A stretch of 17,079 bases of DNA, from NCBI GenBank assembly GCA_947581755.1, contig CANPVN010000033.1, positions 1 to 17,079 on the forward strand. The letters are read 5' to 3'. Below are positions 1 to 9,173 of the stretch, one piece after another. This DNA comes from an uncultured Clostridia bacterium (lineage in GTDB: Bacteria > Bacillota > Clostridia > Christensenellales > Pumilibacteraceae). Position 1 is the stretch's first letter. Every line of letters begins with the position of its first letter. Under the pieces are notes generated by a model that was not told where the DNA came from, searched no databases, and saw nothing but the letters and a program-made list of their open reading frames with translations. The translations under genes and the position numbers were made by a program.

Positions 1-262
1 GACTGAAGGGATTGTTATAATAATCCGACCTTATAAAAAACTAACCGAAAAGTTTATCTTTTCGGTTAAAAAGGAGCAACGGAGCGTAAAAGACTCCTCT
101 TTTGAGTAAAGCGAAAAAGAGAGTCTCAAAGCGACTGTTGCGACGAGGTGACGCTGCACCCACAGTCGCGGTGGCGAGCCGCCACTGCCACAGTTCACGA
201 TTTACTTGATTACTAATTCCAATATTGTCTCCGCGTTCGCGGGATTATGCGAATAATTAATC
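1..262 (+). repeat. Mosaic intergenic repeat element, cut by the window edge. Module P palindrome gggatt..aatcc (3-26), H1 hairpin aaccgaaaag-tttat-cttttcggtt (27-85), H2 (86-146), X (147-243), second P-like palindrome gggattatgcgaataattaatcc (241-262).
   Basis: The same H1+H2 block recurs nearly identically at 9905-10030 (reverse complement) and 16460-16577. The X module recurs 8 more times. Matches were found by reading both strands. Confidence 0.8.
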
Positions 263-275
263 CGAACTTATATGA

Positions 276-309
276 AAATCGCTTCTGCCCAACAAGGCAA
301 AAGCGATTT
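276..309 (-). terminator. Hairpin (14-bp imperfect stem aaatcgcttctgcc/ggcaaaagcgattt, loop caacaa) just downstream of the tRNA-fMet gene. Possible tRNA 3' terminator or processing signal.
   Basis: Inverted repeat with one mismatch. On the minus strand it is followed by a weak U-rich tract (uuuucau). Confidence 0.35.
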
Positions 310-318
310 CTTTATAAA

Positions 319-394
<76 letters not shown>

Positions 395-400
395 TCATTG

Positions 401-1384
401 TTATGGAAGACTATTATAAACCACAAACTCGTGTTTGTCAAGCATATCTGAAGCGAAGAGGTGTTTTTTTTGCGAAATATTTGTCGAAAGAGTTGCTCTC
501 CAACCCGAGAAGGCGGCGGTGGAAATTGCCTCGGCGTCCTCGTCGGAGTCCGAGCCTTCGGGGTCGGCGGACGAAGCGCAGCCTGCGGCGACGAAGATTT
601 TCGAGGTATCGTCGTACTTCATCAACTTATCGGTGATATTCATAGTCCAATCGGCGAGGGGTTTTATGACGGCGGGGCGGTGGGTTTCGTCTCCGTAGAG
701 TTCGACGCGGACGTTCTGCATAAAGGAGAAGTTGAGCATAAAGCCGAAAGCCATCAACAAGACGACGGTATAGCCCACGGCTCGGGCGACTCCCATGAGA
801 CCGCCGAGGGGTCTGTCGATTATTGCGGGGAGTTTGATACTTTTGAGTACGAGTTGCAGCACGAAAGTAACTATTCTCAAAAGGATAAAGAGGAAGATGC
901 CGCTGAAAATTACCAAAATACTGCCCGAAATCAGAATGGAGAAGCCTTGCGCGAGGTTATCGAAAGAGAATGAGAGCACTTGGGGGTCGGCGAGGGGTTC
1001 TATCAACGAGCCTTTGAACAAGGACGCCAAAAAGCCCAACAAGAAACTCTTGTCGCTTATTGTTTTTATAATTGCGTCGGTGGGGTTTTGCGCGCCCGCC
1101 ACTGCGTCGGCGAGTTGCGTACGGCTTATATTTTTGAGTTCTTCGGGCATTGCGCCGTAGATTTTATTATAGAAAGAGAAGCCCTCTCCGCTGTCGAAGA
1201 AGAGTCCCTTTATAAATCCCCAATTACAGATCCAACCCGCAACGACTTTTGCGAGGACTATCGCGAGAACGAACGCGACGAACCAGCCGCAAAAGGAAGC
1301 GAGCGTCTTGAAAAAGCCTCTCAAGACTCCGATTATCGCAAACAAGACGATGAGGATGAGAAATCCCAAATCGAAAAGATTCAT
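401..1384 (-). CDS. CvpA-family (colicin V production-like) integral membrane protein with an acidic, Ser/Asp-rich C-terminal extension.
   Basis: 327-aa ORF. The N-terminus MNLFDLGFLILIVLFAIIGVLRGFFKTLASFCGWFVAFVLA resembles the CvpA N-terminal signature. It has about 4 hydrophobic helices. A strong RBS AAGGAGGA lies 8 nt upstream of the ATG at 1384. Confidence 0.6.
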   Translation of the reverse strand: MNLFDLGFLILIVLFAIIGVLRGFFKTLASFCGWFVAFVLAIVLAKVVAGWICNWGFIKGLFFDSGEGFSFYNKIYGAMPEELKNISRTQLADAVAGAQNPTDAIIKTISDKSFLLGFLASLFKGSLIEPLADPQVLSFSFDNLAQGFSILISGSILVIFSGIFLFILLRIVTFVLQLVLKSIKLPAIIDRPLGGLMGVARAVGYTVVLLMAFGFMLNFSFMQNVRVELYGDETHRPAVIKPLADWTMNITDKLMKYDDTSKIFVAAGCASSADPEGSDSDEDAEAISTAAFSGWRATLSTNISQKKHLFASDMLDKHEFVVYNSLP

Positions 1385-1487
1385 TGAATGAGTCCTCCTT
1401 ACAACGATTTTACACCATAGATTTTATCGCGGAAAGGGTGTTATGTCAACAAAAAAAGGCTTGAAAGGATTTTTGTTGCTCTCCGTT

Positions 1488-4103
1488 CTACTTTTGTTCT
1501 TCCGCCGAGGAGTTATCGGAATTTTTCTTGAAGCGTCGGGTAAGTTTCAGCACGGGCTTGTCGAGAATAACGAGACAAGCGGGCAAGATAAACATTGCGG
1601 TGAGTACGGAAATCACGCTGCCTCTGCACAGCAGAAGTCCGATGGAAGATATGGGCATGATGGACGAAAACAGTCCGATTATAAGCGCGGCGATGATGAG
1701 TATGGAGCCCGAAGTGAAGATAGTGGGCATTGCCTCTTTCAGCGCATAAACGGCGGCGTCTTTGGGCGGCATATCGTTTCTTGCGCGCAAGTAGAAGTCT
1801 GTCACCAAAATTCCGTAGTCTATCGTCGCGCCCATCTGAATACACACGCAGATTATATACGAGATAAAGAACACGGGCGAGCCCAACATTGCCGAGAAGG
1901 ACATCGAGATCCAGATTGCGCCCTGAATGATCGCCACGAGCAGCACGGGCACCGACACCGAAACAAAAGTCAGTCCCACTATCAGAAGTATGGCAAGCAC
2001 GGTAAAGACGTTGATTATCACGTTATCGAGTTGAAAGGATGTGGCTATATCGCGGTTTATGACGCTCTCTCCCGCAAGATAGTTGTCGGGGACGACGGCG
2101 TTGACTTGTCTCTTTATCTCGTCGAGGAGTTCGTAACTTTTTTCGTCCTCTATGAACAGCGAGACGTCGAGCAACATTCTTTTGTATCTGCCGCTGTTGC
2201 CGACGAGCGCGGATCTTGCCTTGGAGAGTGCCGAAAGCAACAGAGAAGAATACTCTTCGGAGTTGTCCTTTATCGACTCGGCAAGCGAGAGCATGGACTG
2301 CGCCGAGTTTATCCCGGAAAGCGCGTTGTCCGCCTTTTCTTTGAGTTCTTGAGACGAGGAGACTATATTTTGTCCCCTCTCGGATTCAAGGAAATCTTTT
2401 AATTGGCGTATTGTGATTTTTCCGTTCTCTCCCGCGGCAAGGACTATCATCGAAGCGGATAAATTATCGAGTCCCCCGAGAGTCGATAATTGCGTTGCCG
2501 TAAGTTGCTTTTCGAAAAAGCCCGCGAGTTCGTTTACCGACACGCCGTTTCGGTCTCCGAACACCGAAATTATATTCGCCGAAGTCTGTGTGTCGAGTCC
2601 CGAAATTTCCGACAATCTCTCCGCCGACAATTTATCGGCGAATCTGTCTGCGATAAAGTTCTCGGAAGCCGAAGCCGCGTCGTACAGCGCGTCGAGATAA
2701 GTCAACTCCTCGGGCAAAAAGGCGATAAGCAATGTTGCCGTTTGAGGCGTTATTTTCTCCGACGCTTGCGCGATGAGTTCGGGAGAAAGTCTCATTGCTC
2801 CCCAACTTGTCACCGAGGTCACGTTTTGAAGCGCGGCAAGGTTGTCCGTCAGCTCTCTTTCGCTTTGAGAGTCGAGTTTCCCGTCGTAGAGAATGACGAC
2901 TTGGGAGGACTCTCCCATTTTTTGGGCTATGAGAGCCTCGTCGTCGGTACGCATCGCGCCGACAAAGGAGTAAGTCGTCGAGATATTCGAGAACACCGCC
3001 GCCGTCACGACGAGACAAGCGAAAATCACGGGAAGGACTTTTCGGCATTTTATCGAGACTTTGGCTATCTTGTCTCCGAAAAGAGGAACTGTCTTGTGCG
3101 AAAGTTTGATAAGCGGCTTTTCGAGGAGCAACACCAACGAGGGCATAACGAGAAAGACGCTGAGCATACTGAAAATAATGCCTTTACTCAAGACGCAACC
3201 TATATCGAAGCCTATTCTGAAGGACATGAACACCAGCGCGAGAAGTCCCGCTATCGTGGTAAGCGCGCTCGAAGCGACGGGAGCCAACGACTTGGCAAGA
3301 GCGTCGGCGACAGCGTCTTTGCCTTTGAGTCCGCTCCCTTCCGCGGCGGCGAAATTATTCAAAAAGATGATGGAATAGTCCATTGCCAGCGCAAGTTGCA
3401 AAATCGCGCCCACTGCGTTGGTTATGTAGCTTATAGAGCCGAACACGAAATTGGTACCCATGTTCATTATTATCGCCATGGCGACAACGACGAAGAAAAT
3501 CAAAGGTTCGAGCCAGGAGCGGGAAGTCAACAGCAAAACCAAAAGCACGATGACTACCGCGATAATCATGATTATGGGCATTTCCTCGGATATGGCAATC
3601 CTCAGATTTTCGCTCGTCACCGAACTTCCGATGAGAGTAAAGCCCTCTCCCGAGGCTTTTTCTCTTATGGCGGCGGTTATCTCGACAGCCCGTTCCGATT
3701 GGTTTCCGCACCCCATATTGATATTTATCAGAGCGTCGTCGCCTTCGTAACGCGTAGTCACGAGGATAACGCCTTCGATTTTCTTTATATCGTCCGCGAG
3801 AGCCTCTGCTTCCTCTTTGCTCTTTCCTTCGCAGAACAGCTTGACGGAGCTTACTTCTTCGAACTCTCCCTGCATTGCGTCGAGAGCTTTTTTCGTCTCG
3901 GTCTTTTGGGAAAGATAGGTCGAAAGGTCGTAATTCACGTTTACATAAGGCATAAGAAAAACCGAGGCTACGGTGAGAGCCACAGCCACCGCGAGACAAA
4001 TAAATCTGCCCTTTACTATGAGTTTTGCCAACTTCTCTTTCACAGAGGAAATTATAATACCAAACGCCGAAAAAGTCAATCGGCGGCGGTGTGTTTGCCG
4101 CAC
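1488..4103 (-). CDS. MMPL/RND-superfamily membrane transporter (two TM bundles separated by large extracytoplasmic domains). The start codon is uncertain.
   Basis: Maximal ORF is 871 aa and begins at GTG 4103. The true start is more likely GTG ~4043 or TTG ~4031 (VKEKLAKLIVKGRFICLAVAVALTVASVFL is a typical MMPL N-terminal TM1). Two clusters of 5-6 hydrophobic helices (around aa 180-330 and 700-860) are each followed or preceded by large soluble domains, which is the MMPL architecture. Confidence 0.75.
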   Translation of the reverse strand: MRQTHRRRLTFSAFGIIISSVKEKLAKLIVKGRFICLAVAVALTVASVFLMPYVNVNYDLSTYLSQKTETKKALDAMQGEFEEVSSVKLFCEGKSKEEAEALADDIKKIEGVILVTTRYEGDDALININMGCGNQSERAVEITAAIREKASGEGFTLIGSSVTSENLRIAISEEMPIIMIIAVVIVLLVLLLTSRSWLEPLIFFVVVAMAIIMNMGTNFVFGSISYITNAVGAILQLALAMDYSIIFLNNFAAAEGSGLKGKDAVADALAKSLAPVASSALTTIAGLLALVFMSFRIGFDIGCVLSKGIIFSMLSVFLVMPSLVLLLEKPLIKLSHKTVPLFGDKIAKVSIKCRKVLPVIFACLVVTAAVFSNISTTYSFVGAMRTDDEALIAQKMGESSQVVILYDGKLDSQSERELTDNLAALQNVTSVTSWGAMRLSPELIAQASEKITPQTATLLIAFLPEELTYLDALYDAASASENFIADRFADKLSAERLSEISGLDTQTSANIISVFGDRNGVSVNELAGFFEKQLTATQLSTLGGLDNLSASMIVLAAGENGKITIRQLKDFLESERGQNIVSSSQELKEKADNALSGINSAQSMLSLAESIKDNSEEYSSLLLSALSKARSALVGNSGRYKRMLLDVSLFIEDEKSYELLDEIKRQVNAVVPDNYLAGESVINRDIATSFQLDNVIINVFTVLAILLIVGLTFVSVSVPVLLVAIIQGAIWISMSFSAMLGSPVFFISYIICVCIQMGATIDYGILVTDFYLRARNDMPPKDAAVYALKEAMPTIFTSGSILIIAALIIGLFSSIMPISSIGLLLCRGSVISVLTAMFILPACLVILDKPVLKLTRRFKKNSDNSSAEEQK

Positions 4104-4123
4104 GGAAACACAAAAATTTAAGT

Positions 4124-4152
4124 AAAAAAGGGCGAAAGCTCCGCCTTCGCCC
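4124..4152 (-). terminator. Rho-independent terminator downstream of the glycoside hydrolase gene.
   Basis: On the minus strand the stem GGGCGAA/TTCGCCC (7 bp) with a 9-nt loop is followed by TTTTTT. It lies between the GH stop (4176) and the MMPL start. Confidence 0.55.
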
Positions 4153-4175
4153 TTCCTCTTATCTATCGCGGTTTT

Positions 4176-6272
4176 TTATTCCATAACTATCTTGTTCTTG
4201 CCCTTCATGAGTTTTATGGTACGATTTACGTCGCCGCTGACGTTGTAGACGATGACCATAGCGTCGAGTTTGGTGTCGTTATCGATGATGAGTACTGTCT
4301 TTTCGCCGTCTTTGTAGTAATCTCCTTTGATTTTTCCGTCGGGAGTCATCGCGGAGAACTTCATATAATCGAGGTCGGCTATCGCGGGAGTTATGACGAC
4401 TTTCTTGCCGCCGTCCTTTACGGTGACTCCGCCGAAGCAAGCGAGCAAAGTATAGATGGGCATAGCCGAGTGGAGACAGCACTGTTCCCCCTCGAGCCAA
4501 AAGTTTTCGGGCATGGAAGGCGAGGCGTTACGCGCAATGGAATAGTATCTGTTCTTCAAACGAATTGCCGCCAATCTGTGCCGTCCCAATTTGCACAACG
4601 CTTCTATGATATAGCACTCGGTATAGATCGAAGCGTTCTGCGCCGAACTCAGGAACGCCGCCAGGACGTCCTTGTTTCCGTCGGGTGTAAGGTCGGTAAG
4701 CACGGCAAAGGCGTTGGCTCTGTCGTCGCAGACTTTTCCCGACGAGAATATCGAGCCGTTGAAGAACTTTCCGACTATGGCGTTTTTGATGAGATTCATG
4801 CTGTTGTCTATGAACGAAGTATCCTCTATGCCGTTTCTCGAAGCAAGTTCTTTGGCATATCTCAGACAGGAGTAGTACAGTACGTTTTCGGTAACTTCTA
4901 CGTCGAAGTTGTCGGTCTCGACATGAGCGTCTATCCTCGAAACGACCAATCCGTTGTTGTTTATCTTCCAATTTGCGAGATATTTGACTACGCAGTCGTA
5001 AATTCTCTTGTCAAGGTCTCCGTAAGAGTCGGTGTACGCCGCAAAGAACCCGAACTCACTGCAACACAGCAGTCCCGAAAAAGGATCCTCGTTGGGTCTG
5101 TAAAGAGCGTCCTGCTTGAGCATGCCCGACTTTTCGGCTTGAATGAGAGTATCGCAAATCTGCTTTCTTACCAAGGAGACTCCGCCCTCACCGTAAGCCA
5201 TCATCAAATCTCTCGCGGCGACGACACAGTCGAAGAAATCGCTCGACGGCGCGGAATAGACCGAGACGAACCTGTCGGAAATGCACGCCGAGAGCGTGGA
5301 CGCGCTCTTTTTGAATATCGCGTTGAGTACGGGGTCGCTGCAATCGAATACCGCTTTCATGTCCTCGCCGAAGCGCAAGGTATGGTATGTCAATTTTTTG
5401 AGTTTTATATCTTTGGGAGTCTCGACGACCAACCTGTCTCCCATAACGGAAAAGTAAGGGAACGCGAGATGATTTTCGTTCATTTTACCGATATATTTTT
5501 GATTTTTCTCGGGGTGTTCGCCGTAGAACAGAATTTCCGTCTTGGCTCTGTCGGAGTGAAAGGAAAAGGCGGGATATACTCGCTTATGCTCGTCGAATTT
5601 GACGGTATAGATGTTTTTATCCACCGTAGAAGTCTTTACGGGTTTAGCCTTCACGGGCTTTTCGGAAAAGGCAAAAGCGGGAATGGGGCGAAGAGAAAGC
5701 GGCAAAACGCTCTCGTCGTAAGCGCCCTGTTCCTCTGCGTCGGAAAAGATATTCGAGGCGTAATGCAAACTCATGAGTCCGTCCAACGAGTTCTCCAACG
5801 TCGCGTCGTACTGCCAGAAGGAATCCGAAAAGGTTGCGGAATCCTTGACGAACTCCACCCAGGACACGGGAGCGCATTCGAAGGTAGCGTCGGAACTCAA
5901 TACGACCTTGTCTGAGCTTACCGCCTCGAAAATGAACTTGGGAGAGGCGTTGAGCGCGCCGCCGTTTTCGACGGGCGTGTGTTCGCAAATAAATACGAAT
6001 ACGTTTTCTCCCTTCGTCACGAACTTGGAAATATCCACTTGATCGTAGTAGTCGGCAACATTGCTCGTCATTCCGCCGTTGCGGACGACGAACTTGCCGT
6101 CTTTTTTCTTGTTGCCGATATTAAAGAAGTACCTTGTAGAGCAAGCTATGCGCGCCGTAAGTTTTTTGGGCTTCTTTTCGAAATTTATTTTTTTTCTGAA
6201 AATTACAAATTCGGGTTTGTCGAGGGCGTTTTTGCGCCATATCCACTTAGCCTCGGAAAAAATATTTGCCAT
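4176..6272 (-). CDS. Large glycoside hydrolase, probably of the six-hairpin (alpha/alpha)6 type and possibly alpha-L-rhamnosidase (GH78)-like.
   Basis: 698-aa ORF with a perfect RBS AAGGAGA 8 nt upstream. The N-terminus ...SEAKWIWRK... resembles the A-x-WIW start of Bac_rhamnosid_N domains. There is no signal peptide. The family assignment comes from memory of motifs and has not been verified. Confidence 0.45.
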   Translation of the reverse strand: MANIFSEAKWIWRKNALDKPEFVIFRKKINFEKKPKKLTARIACSTRYFFNIGNKKKDGKFVVRNGGMTSNVADYYDQVDISKFVTKGENVFVFICEHTPVENGGALNASPKFIFEAVSSDKVVLSSDATFECAPVSWVEFVKDSATFSDSFWQYDATLENSLDGLMSLHYASNIFSDAEEQGAYDESVLPLSLRPIPAFAFSEKPVKAKPVKTSTVDKNIYTVKFDEHKRVYPAFSFHSDRAKTEILFYGEHPEKNQKYIGKMNENHLAFPYFSVMGDRLVVETPKDIKLKKLTYHTLRFGEDMKAVFDCSDPVLNAIFKKSASTLSACISDRFVSVYSAPSSDFFDCVVAARDLMMAYGEGGVSLVRKQICDTLIQAEKSGMLKQDALYRPNEDPFSGLLCCSEFGFFAAYTDSYGDLDKRIYDCVVKYLANWKINNNGLVVSRIDAHVETDNFDVEVTENVLYYSCLRYAKELASRNGIEDTSFIDNSMNLIKNAIVGKFFNGSIFSSGKVCDDRANAFAVLTDLTPDGNKDVLAAFLSSAQNASIYTECYIIEALCKLGRHRLAAIRLKNRYYSIARNASPSMPENFWLEGEQCCLHSAMPIYTLLACFGGVTVKDGGKKVVITPAIADLDYMKFSAMTPDGKIKGDYYKDGEKTVLIIDNDTKLDAMVIVYNVSGDVNRTIKLMKGKNKIVME

Positions 6273-6301
6273 AGAACAGTCTCCTTATCGTATAGTCGGT
6301 T

Positions 6302-7711
6302 TTATTTGTCGTCGGGGCGATCTTCCTCCGCCGTAGGCTCTTTGACCTTGCCGAGGAAAGAAGGGATTTCCAAGCCGCTCATTTTGAACACGTCGTTGAG
6401 AGGGGGTACGGATTTGAGCAACCCCGCTATGAAGTTCGCCGTCGCGGGAGATTTTCCGTCTGCGCCCATGCTGTCCCAAACAGTGACTTTGTCTATCTTT
6501 ATGTTCTTTATAGCCTCTACCTGAAGTTTTACGAGAGCGTCGAGTTTGTCGGTTATAAGCATCTTGACAGCCTCGTCGCTGCCGCCCGCCGCTTCGACGA
6601 GTCTCTTGAAACCGTCGGCTTGCTTGGAAAGTATCTCGTAAGTTCCGCGGGCTTCGGCTTCGGCTTTCGCATAGATGGCGTCGGCTTCACCGCGCGCCTT
6701 TCTTCTCATCTGCTCGGCTTCGGCTTCGGCTTCGGTCTCGAGTCTCCTCTTTTCTATCTCGGCTTTTACGAGGACGTCCGCTTCGAGAGTACTCTTTTCT
6801 CTCTCGGCACGAACGGCTTCGGCTTGTTGCTGAGCCTTATACGCTTCTCTCTTGGCGTTTGCTTCGGCGACCTTTTCTGCGACCGAGGCTCTTCTCTGCG
6901 CTTCCGCCTCTACTTCCCGCAAGGTGGCGTTGGATTGCGCGACGTTGGCTTTAGCCTTGTTTTCGCCGTCCACCGCCGCGGAGTTGGCTTCCGCGACTTT
7001 GATTCTCTGATCCATAACCGCGTTGGCTTCGCCTATGCTACCGTCTCTGTTCTTTTCCGCAACGGAGCGTTTTGCGTCGTTTATCGCCTTCGCCGCCGCC
7101 TCTTTACCCAAAGCCTCTATATAACTCGACTCGTCGGTAATATCGGTAATGTTGACGTTTATGAGTCGTATGCCTATCTTTTTGAGTTCTCCCTCGACGT
7201 TTCTCGAAACGGCTTCGAGGAATTTATCTCTGTCGGAGTTTATCTCCTCAATATCCATCATCGCTATGACAAGACGCAACTGACCGAGAATAATATCGTT
7301 GCACAGATCCTGAATGTCCTTGAGTTTGAGTCCCAACAATCTCTCCGCGGCGTTCTGCATAACTCCGGGTTCGGTGGAAATGCCCACCGTGAAACGCGAC
7401 GGCACGTCCACACGAATGTTCTGGTGAGACAACGCGCCTCGCAAATCGACGTTTATCGATATGGGAGTAAGGTCGAGAAATGCGTACGCCTGAATAATAG
7501 GCCAAATAAATTGCGCTCCGCCGTGAATACACTTGCTGGGGCGATTGGTGCCATCCTTTTCCTTTCCCATGCTTCCGTAAATAACCATTATCTTGTCCGA
7601 GGGGCATTTCCTGTATCTCGACAGAAAAACCGCGACAAGACTTATCAGAACCACGACTATGGCTATGATAAGAGCAACCATTCCGACAACAGTTAAAGCG
7701 CCGAATAACAT
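6302..7711 (-). CDS. floT: Flotillin (SPFH/band-7 domain, FloT/YqiK-like) with a long Ala/Glu-rich coiled-coil (EA-repeat) region.
   Basis: 469-aa ORF. It has an N-terminal TM anchor, an SPFH domain (…KCIHGGAQFIWPIIQ…INVNITDITDESSYIEALG…) and a flotillin-type EAEAEA/AEAR repeat segment. RBS AAGGAGGA lies upstream. It sits immediately downstream of an NfeD gene, as in the B. subtilis yuaF-floT locus. Confidence 0.85.
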   Translation of the reverse strand: MLFGALTVVGMVALIIAIVVVLISLVAVFLSRYRKCPSDKIMVIYGSMGKEKDGTNRPSKCIHGGAQFIWPIIQAYAFLDLTPISINVDLRGALSHQNIRVDVPSRFTVGISTEPGVMQNAAERLLGLKLKDIQDLCNDIILGQLRLVIAMMDIEEINSDRDKFLEAVSRNVEGELKKIGIRLINVNITDITDESSYIEALGKEAAAKAINDAKRSVAEKNRDGSIGEANAVMDQRIKVAEANSAAVDGENKAKANVAQSNATLREVEAEAQRRASVAEKVAEANAKREAYKAQQQAEAVRAEREKSTLEADVLVKAEIEKRRLETEAEAEAEQMRRKARGEADAIYAKAEAEARGTYEILSKQADGFKRLVEAAGGSDEAVKMLITDKLDALVKLQVEAIKNIKIDKVTVWDSMGADGKSPATANFIAGLLKSVPPLNDVFKMSGLEIPSFLGKVKEPTAEEDRPDDK

Positions 7712-7751
7712 ATTAACAAATCCTCCTTAATAGATATTATGTTCGAAAATT

Positions 7752-8366
7752 TTATTTTAACGGCTCCACAACAAGAGTGCTTTCGCCGATCACGTCGGTG
7801 ATTTTGACTTGAGAGCCCGTCTTGATAGGCTCTTCGCAATCGGTGATCGCGTCTCTCTCGATGAGAGTGTCCTGAATAACGACATTGACTTTTCCCATGC
7901 CTTTGCGAGAAGCGGGCACGGTAAGATAAACTTCACCGACTTTTCCCAGAGCGTTTTTGAGAGCGATATTGCCGTTGCTCTGAAGTTTCATAATGCTCTT
8001 CAAAAGGAAAGCGACGCCGACGGCAGCCGCCGCGCCCACCGCCAAACCTATAAGCAAAGCCGCCCACCAAGGCAAAACAAACGCCATAGTGTAAGCCATC
8101 CAACCGCCGACCGCAAGAAAAGCAAGCGCAGACCTCAACGACAAAACTCTCAACCCCGCTGCGGAACTTATGCCCTCGTCGTTGGCAAGATCCACATCGT
8201 CAAGATCTCCTCCGTCATAATCGAAGGAAGTATCGTCTCCGCCCATTCCGATTATCATAAGAATTATCTGCACGATCATGACAAGCGTCGCGGCAGCCGC
8301 TATGATAAACAAAACACGCTGGAACTCGGTGTTGGAATTCCACCAACTCGAAACGGATAAAAACAT
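7752..8366 (-). CDS. NfeD-family membrane protein (N-terminal TM helices plus a C-terminal OB-fold), the partner of flotillin.
   Basis: 204 aa. It has three hydrophobic segments followed by a beta-rich soluble tail (GKVGEVYLTVPASRKGMGKVNVVIQDTLIERDAI…VKITDVIGESTLVVEPL) typical of the NfeD short form. Its position directly upstream of flotillin supports the call. Confidence 0.7.
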   Translation of the reverse strand: MFLSVSSWWNSNTEFQRVLFIIAAAATLVMIVQIILMIIGMGGDDTSFDYDGGDLDDVDLANDEGISSAAGLRVLSLRSALAFLAVGGWMAYTMAFVLPWWAALLIGLAVGAAAAVGVAFLLKSIMKLQSNGNIALKNALGKVGEVYLTVPASRKGMGKVNVVIQDTLIERDAITDCEEPIKTGSQVKITDVIGESTLVVEPLK

Positions 8367-8563
8367 TTCTCTTCACTCCCTGCTTTCAAATTTAGGGTAT
8401 AGATAAGTCTATACATAATTAAGTATAACACAATATAATACGATTTTCCACTGTTTTGAGATAGAATTTGTAAATTTCACAATATTCCCGCCCACCCTTT
8501 CGACGGATTTCCCCCTTCTCCCTCTCTCCCTTCCCCTTACCGTTTTTTCCCCTACCTTATACC

Positions 8564-8740
8564 TTGGCTCCCATTGGCTCAATTTCCCCTCCCGACCTTT
8601 TCTTGGCTCCCCTTGGCTCAATTTCCCCTCCCGACCTTTTCTTGGCTCCCCTTGGCTCAATTTCCCCTCCCTACCTTTTCTTGGCTCCCCTTGGCTCAAT
8701 TTCCCCTCCCTACCTTTTCTTGGCTCCCCTTGGCGGCTTC
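8564..8740. repeat. Tandem array of a 39-bp unit, ttggctccccttggctcaatttcccctccc[g/t]accttttc. Four full copies (starting at 8564, 8603, 8642, 8681) and a fifth degenerate copy follow with no spacers.
   Basis: The exact 39-bp period was counted directly. Copies 1-2 have cccgacc and copies 3-4 have ccctacc. The unit contains ggagccaagg and is derived from family module A (…aaagggagccaagg). Confidence 0.9.
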
Positions 8741-9060
8741 GCCTTTCCTTCCTTCTCTCTTGGCTCCCTTTGGCGGCTTTTGCCGCCAAGGGGAGCCGGC
8801 GCCAATCAATCTAACCTTTTTCTTACCTCGTCAAAAAGTTTAACTTTTTGACGAAAGAGGAGCAGTCGCCTGTAAGAGGCTGCTTTTGACGCTTGTCGGA
8901 AAAAGAGCCTGACAACGGCGTACTGCGACGAGGCTGAGGGGATTAATTATTCGCACAATCCCCCGAACGCGGAAGTCACGCTTGAATTAAAATTCAAGCA
9001 ACTCGCGATTTTGGGTGCAGCGTCACGCTGCCTGAGGGGATTATAATCAATCCGACTTTT
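8741..9060 (-). repeat. Composite mosaic repeat element in reverse orientation: A (8741-8800), H'-type hairpin block with cgtcaaaaag..ctttttgacg (8806-8930), P palindrome (8933-8965), X (8961-9032), P (9033-9058).
   Basis: Its reverse complement aligns module by module with the plus-strand element at 10321-10598, with the modules in a different order. Confidence 0.8.
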
Positions 9061-9093
9061 TGGGTGAATTGTCAAGTGAAGCGCAACAGTAGT

Positions 9094-9132
9094 AAAAAAA
9101 GGCAAGCGTAAAATTTTCTTTTTACGTTTGCC
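9094..9132 (-). terminator. Rho-independent terminator of the rubrerythrin gene.
   Basis: On the minus strand a 13-bp stem (GGCAAACGTAAAA / TTTTACGCTTGCC, one mismatch) with a 5-6-nt loop is followed by TTTTTTT. It lies 40 nt downstream of the stop codon. Confidence 0.55.
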
Positions 9133-9173
9133 TTATCGATGAAAAAAATCGGTCTTATGTACGCGAATAGGTC

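Noticed and set aside
1443-5915. Long plus-strand ORFs antisense to the MMPL and glycosidase genes: 1443-2402 (319 aa), 2490-4121 (543 aa) and 4470-5915 (481 aa).
   Set aside because: Their composition is His/Arg/Gly-rich and low in complexity, which is typical of antisense frames of GC-balanced genes. The opposite-strand ORFs carry clear family signatures (MMPL TM bundles, glycosidase) and RBSs, while the plus-strand ones have none.
8564-8740. Possible CRISPR array, since the region has regular short direct repeats.
   Set aside because: The units are contiguous (period 39 bp) with no unique spacers. There are no cas genes and no leader. This is a simple tandem duplication.
8409-8851. ORFs of 126, 95 and 89 aa with internally repeated peptides (…GEPRKGREGKLSQ… and …PLGSISPPDLFLA…) across 8409-8851.
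   Set aside because: They are read straight through the 39-bp tandem DNA array and module A. The repetitive peptides mirror the DNA period. There is no RBS, and reciprocal ORFs appear on both strands. They are artefacts of repeats.
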